DNA from: Hemiscyllium ocellatum
Lineage: Eukaryota
Assembly (NCBI RefSeq): GCF_020745735.1
Contig: NC_083409.1
Location: 19,054,341-19,118,340, forward strand
DNA: 64,000 nt
Reading direction: 5' to 3'
The notes beneath the pieces are model-generated. The model saw nothing but the letters and a program-made list of their open reading frames with translations. It searched no databases and was not told where the DNA came from. Shown here piece after piece: positions 59,500 to 64,000 of this stretch (position 1 is its first letter; every line of letters starts with the position of its first letter). The translations under genes were made by a program, and so were the position numbers.

Positions 59500-62320
59500 A
59501 ATATCAAAGGGATCATAAAAGTGCAGGGAAAATCAACAATAGAACAAACTTCAAGAGTTTGTATCTAAATGCACAAAGCAATCTGAGTAAGGTTGACAAA
59601 GTGATGCCACACATTGAGGTAAATTGAGTTTCCAAGGAATTTAAACTAGTTAAAGTGGAGGAGGGCTCAGGAAAGGTTATTCAAGTTTCTAGAAGATGTA
59701 AAAGGACAGAGAGTACAGAAAGGATCCGGAATTGAACATAAAGCACAGCAGCTAAGAGGACAATGATTGGAAGGAGGGCAGTCAATGCAGGACTGAGGGT
59801 GTTGTACTTAAATGCACACAGTGTACACAATGGGCTTGTAGTGCAGATTGAAACTGGCAGGTACGATGTTGTGGGTATCACAGGGACATGGCTGAAAGGG
59901 AATTCGGGCTGGTAACTAAATATCCAAGGTTATATGTCCTATCAAAAGGACGGGCAGATGGGCAGAGGGGGAAGAGTTGCCTTGTTAGTGAGAAATGAAA
60001 TTAAATCAATAGCAAGAAGTGATGTAGAGTCAGAAGGTGTAGTATCTGTGTGGGTAGAGCTGAGGAACTGCAATAAATAAAGAATCTGATGCAAGTTATG
60101 TCCAGGTCTCCAAGCAGTAATCAGGATGTGGGGAAGGAAATCAGTCAGGAGACAGAAAATGTCAGGGCAGACTTCAATGGATCGGTGGACTGGGTAGTGT
60201 ATCTCAAGGAAAGGATTTCATTGAATGTCTATGAGATGGATTTTGGAGCAGCTTGTGGTTGAGCCATTATGGAACAGGCAGGTCTGGATTCAGTGATGTG
60301 TATTGAGGCAAACATGACTAGTGAGTTTAAGGTGAAAGTATCCCTGTGGATAAGTGACCATAATACAATAGAATTCCCCCTGTAGTTTGAGAGGGAGAAG
60401 CTGCAATCAGATTGAACAGTATTTCAGTTGAGTAAAGGTAACTCAATGTGGTGGAGAATAGTGGGAAGCCAGCGGATTAGGAAGCCTTTAAAAACCTGCA
60501 GAGGATAACTGAAAAAGCATAAAGGGTGGAGAATGTGAAATGTGGGAGTTATCTAGCCAGTAATATACAAGAAGATTGCAGGAGTTTTATCAGGTGTATA
60601 AAAAGGAAGTGTGAGTCAAAAATAGACTATGGATCACTGGAAAATGAGGCTGGAGAATGAATAACAGGGAATGAAGGAATAGCAGAGGAATTGAATAGAT
60701 ATTTTGCCTCAGTCTGCACCATGGAAAACACCAGCAGTGTCCCAGTACTTCAAGACTGTCAGGGGCAGAGGGGAGTGCAGTGGCCATCACTAAGGAGGAG
60801 GTACAGGGGAAGCTGGAAGGTCTGAATGTGGATAACGCACCCAGACTGGATGAACTACACCAGTGTGTTCTGAAGGAGATTGGTGAGGAGATTGTGGAGG
60901 CATTGGTGATGATCTTTCAGTAATCAATGGAGTCAGGGTGTGGAGGTGAGATGGGGATGGATTTGGTGGGGGCAAGGGACAGGAAAATGGCTCACATATC
61001 ACCCCTGTTTAAGAAGGGAGGGAGGTAGAAGATGGGACATTATCAGCCAGTTAGCCAGGACTCAGTTGTTGGTAAGGTTTTAGACTTCAATTTAAGGATG
61101 AAATTGCAGAGGACTTGGAAGTGCAATGGCTTCATCAAGGAGACGTCATGCCTGGCAAATCTGTTAGAATTCGTTGAGGAGGCAATGAGCCAGTCAGACA
61201 AAGGAGAGTCCGAGGAAGTAATCTATTTGGATTTCCACAAGGCATTTGACATAAGACAAGCGCCCATAGTGTTAGGGGCAATGAACTGGCATGGATTGAA
61301 GACTGGCAGGTTGGCATAAAGCAGAACGTGAGGAACAATGGCCGCTGGTGACTAGTAGAGTTCTGCATGTGTCAATGTTAGGACCATAACTATTCACGTT
61401 ATACATGAACAATCTGGATGAAGGAAGTGAAGACATTGTTGCTAGGTTTGCAGGTGACATGAGGTAGGTGGAGGGACAGGTAGTGTTGCGGAAGTGGGAA
61501 GGCTGTAAAAGCTCCTGGATAGGCTCGGAGAGTGGGCAAAGAAGTGGGCAGATAGAATACAATGTGTGACAGTGTGAGGGTGTGCACTTTGGGAGGAAGA
61601 AGAGATGCAAAGACTGTTTGCTAAATAAGGAAAGCCTTTGGAAATCTAAAGCACAAACCTCATTCAGGTTTCCCTTCAGGTTAACAGGCAGGTCCAGTTT
61701 GTGCTTGGGAAGGCAAATGAAATGATAGCATTCATTTCAATAGGGCCAGAATACAAGAGCAGAGATGTACTGCTGAGGCTGTGTCAGGCTCTGGTCAGAC
61801 CACATTTGGAATATTGTGAGCAGATTTGGGACCCATAGTCTAAGAAACAATGTGCTGGTATTGGATGGGTTTACAAGAATGATCCTGGGAATGAAGGGTT
61901 TGTCATATGAGGCGTGGTTGAGGACTCTGGGTCTGTACTCGATGGAGTTTAGAAGAATGATGAGGGATCTGAATGAAATTTGCAGAATACTGATCGGCCT
62001 GGATAGAGTGGATACAGGGCAGACTCGGGAACCAAGGCACAACCTCAGAATGAAGGGCCGACCCTTTCGAGCTGAGGTGAGGAGGAATTTCTTCAGCCAG
62101 AAGGTGGTGAATCTGTGAAACTCATTGCTACAGAGGGCAAGGGAGGCCAAGTCACTGAGTGTATTTAAGACAGAGATAGATAGGTTTGTGATTGTGAAGG
62201 GGATCGAACGTTCCTGTGGAGTAGGCAGGGGAATAGGGGTGAGAAGCATATCTGCCAAGATCAAATGGCAGAGCAGATTCAATGGGCTGAATGGCTGATT
62301 TCTGCTCCTATTTCTTAAAG
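59500..62320 (+). mobile_element. Long decayed CR1-type LINE ORF2 (APE through RT and 3' UTR)
   Basis: LRVLYLNAHS APE start, YLDFHKAFD, LGLYSMEFRRM; many frameshifts. Confidence 0.8.
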
Positions 62321-62329
62321 ACTTCTGGA

Positions 62330-64000
62330 CAGTTTCCCCCCAAAACCCTGGAACACTGAACCCACTGGACTGTGAGCCCTGCTGGAGCTGTTTGTCATCA
62401 GAAATTTGCCAAGAGACAACCAAAGAGTGGAGAGAGTGTGCATCCATGTGGGAATTTCAGAATGCTTCCTAGCTCCTGGAATACCTTTAGTACAGGAAGT
62501 GTGGTCAGTGACAGCAGTTGGAGCTCTGGGTTTTGGAGCTTAAGCAGCAGCTGGTGTCAGTGCGGAGCGTCCGTGAGGCTGAGAGCTCTGTGGAGAGCAC
62601 GTTTCTAGATGTGGTCACTCTGCAGCTTCAGAGTATGCAGGGTCAGAGGGAATGGGGGAGCAGCAGACAGTCCAGAAGAAGCAGGCAGCTAGTACAGGAA
62701 TCCCCTGACTGTATCCCACTCTCCAACCAGGATTCAGTTTGGAATCCTGATGAGAATGATGGGAGTGTAGCCAGAGCCAAGTCCATGGCACCATGGGGGG
62801 GCTCAGCTTTATTGGGGGTGGGGGGGGTGTGTGGTGGTATAAGGAAGACTGGAAGAGTGATCGTGAAAGGAGATTCGAGAGTGAGGGCATCGATAGGTGT
62901 TTCTGCAGCTGCAGATGGGAATCCAGGATGGTGTGTTGTCTCCCTGGTGCCAGGGTGAAGGATGTCACTGAGCGACTGCGGAGCACCCTGAGGGGAGAGG
63001 GGGAACAGGCAGCAGTCGTGGTCCATATCAGTCCCAGTGACAGAGGGAGGAAAGGGATGTAGTCCTGCAGTCAGAATTTAGGGAGCTCAGAAGGGAAATA
63101 ACATCAGAAACTCAAAAGTAGGAATCTTCAGGTTACTCCCAGTGCCCCAGGCAAGTGAGAAGAGGAGCAGGAGGATAACACAAGTGACTGTGGGGCTGGA
63201 AAGAGGATCCAGGAGGGAGGTTTTAGATTCTTGTGACATTGGGGCTGGGTCTGGGGGAGATGGGACCTGGGTAGACCAGACAGCGTTGCTCCTGAACAGA
63301 GCTGGCACTGAGCTCCATTGAGGTGATCTACTCGTGCTGTTGGAGAGGGTTTAAACTAACTTGGCAGGGCTGTGGGAGCCAGGAGGGAATATCGGAGAGG
63401 AACACCAAGATCCACAGAATCATCAGTGCAGTCAATAAGTCACCATCCAGTGGGAAGGATTTAGAGGAATACGTTTGCAAGGAATTTACAGAGACCTGCA
63501 AATATAAATAGGGTGGGGGGGAATGTCTTTAATTTCTCAATATAGACTGGGATAGTAGCAGTGTGAAGGACAGAGAGGGACCAGAGTTGTGAGAGTGTGT
63601 TCATGTGAATTTTCCCCAGCCGCATGTTTCCAGTCCAATGAGAAAGGAGGCTCTGCTAGATCTGGATCTTGGCCCAAGTGGATCAAGTGTCAGAGAGAGG
63701 ACACTTAAGGAAGAGTGATCATTGTATCACAAAGTTGAGGGTGATGGTAGAAAAGACCAAATGCCTTTTCAGGGTCAAACATCTTCACTGGGGAAAATGC
63801 CAGCTTCTATAGGATATGGATGTAACGGATCCGAATAAAGTGGGATCAAACGTTGGCAGGAAAGTCCTGAAAAGAATAGTAGAGGATGTGGACCAGGTAT
63901 AGTCGAGATACATTTGAAGGAGGGCAAACAATTCCTGAACTTACTCAAGGGCAAAAGTGGTAGAATTATGGTAAATAAGAAAAGGGCAAAAGAGAGAGAA
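62330..64000 (+). mobile_element. Decayed CR1-type LINE 5' part: ORF1 (Zn-finger/coiled coil plus SGNH esterase) and start of ORF2
   Basis: ELKQQLVSVRSVREAES, IVKGDS, MVCCLPGARVKDVTERL, VVVHI. Confidence 0.75.

Overview
Eukaryotic genomic DNA, almost certainly from a cartilaginous fish (shark-type HE1/V-SINEs, Deu-domain SINEs and a shark-type Ig kappa constant exon). Bases 1-32.5 kb hold the last 14 coding exons (768 aa) of a CEP350-family centrosomal gene on the + strand. All 14 have canonical, phase-compatible GT-AG junctions, but about 900 aa of CEP350, including the CAP-Gly domain, are absent, so it may be a CCDC187-like paralog. Downstream lies an apparently full-length antisense L1-clade LINE with a CR1 LINE nested between its ORFs. 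Next come two Ig kappa-type light-chain constant exons in a ~1.3 kb inverted duplication, one frameshifted (+) and one intact (-), with no recognisable V, J or RSS in the window. They are separated by a 200-N gap, two Penelope-like elements and a strong CTCF motif. The window also contains many short Penelope pseudo-LTR insertions carrying hammerhead-ribozyme cores, including a perfect 62-bp hairpin with a 13-bp target-site duplication. The rest is mostly decayed CR1/L2-type LINEs and SINEs, whose boundaries are approximate. Family assignments are from recognition of motifs, not database searches.
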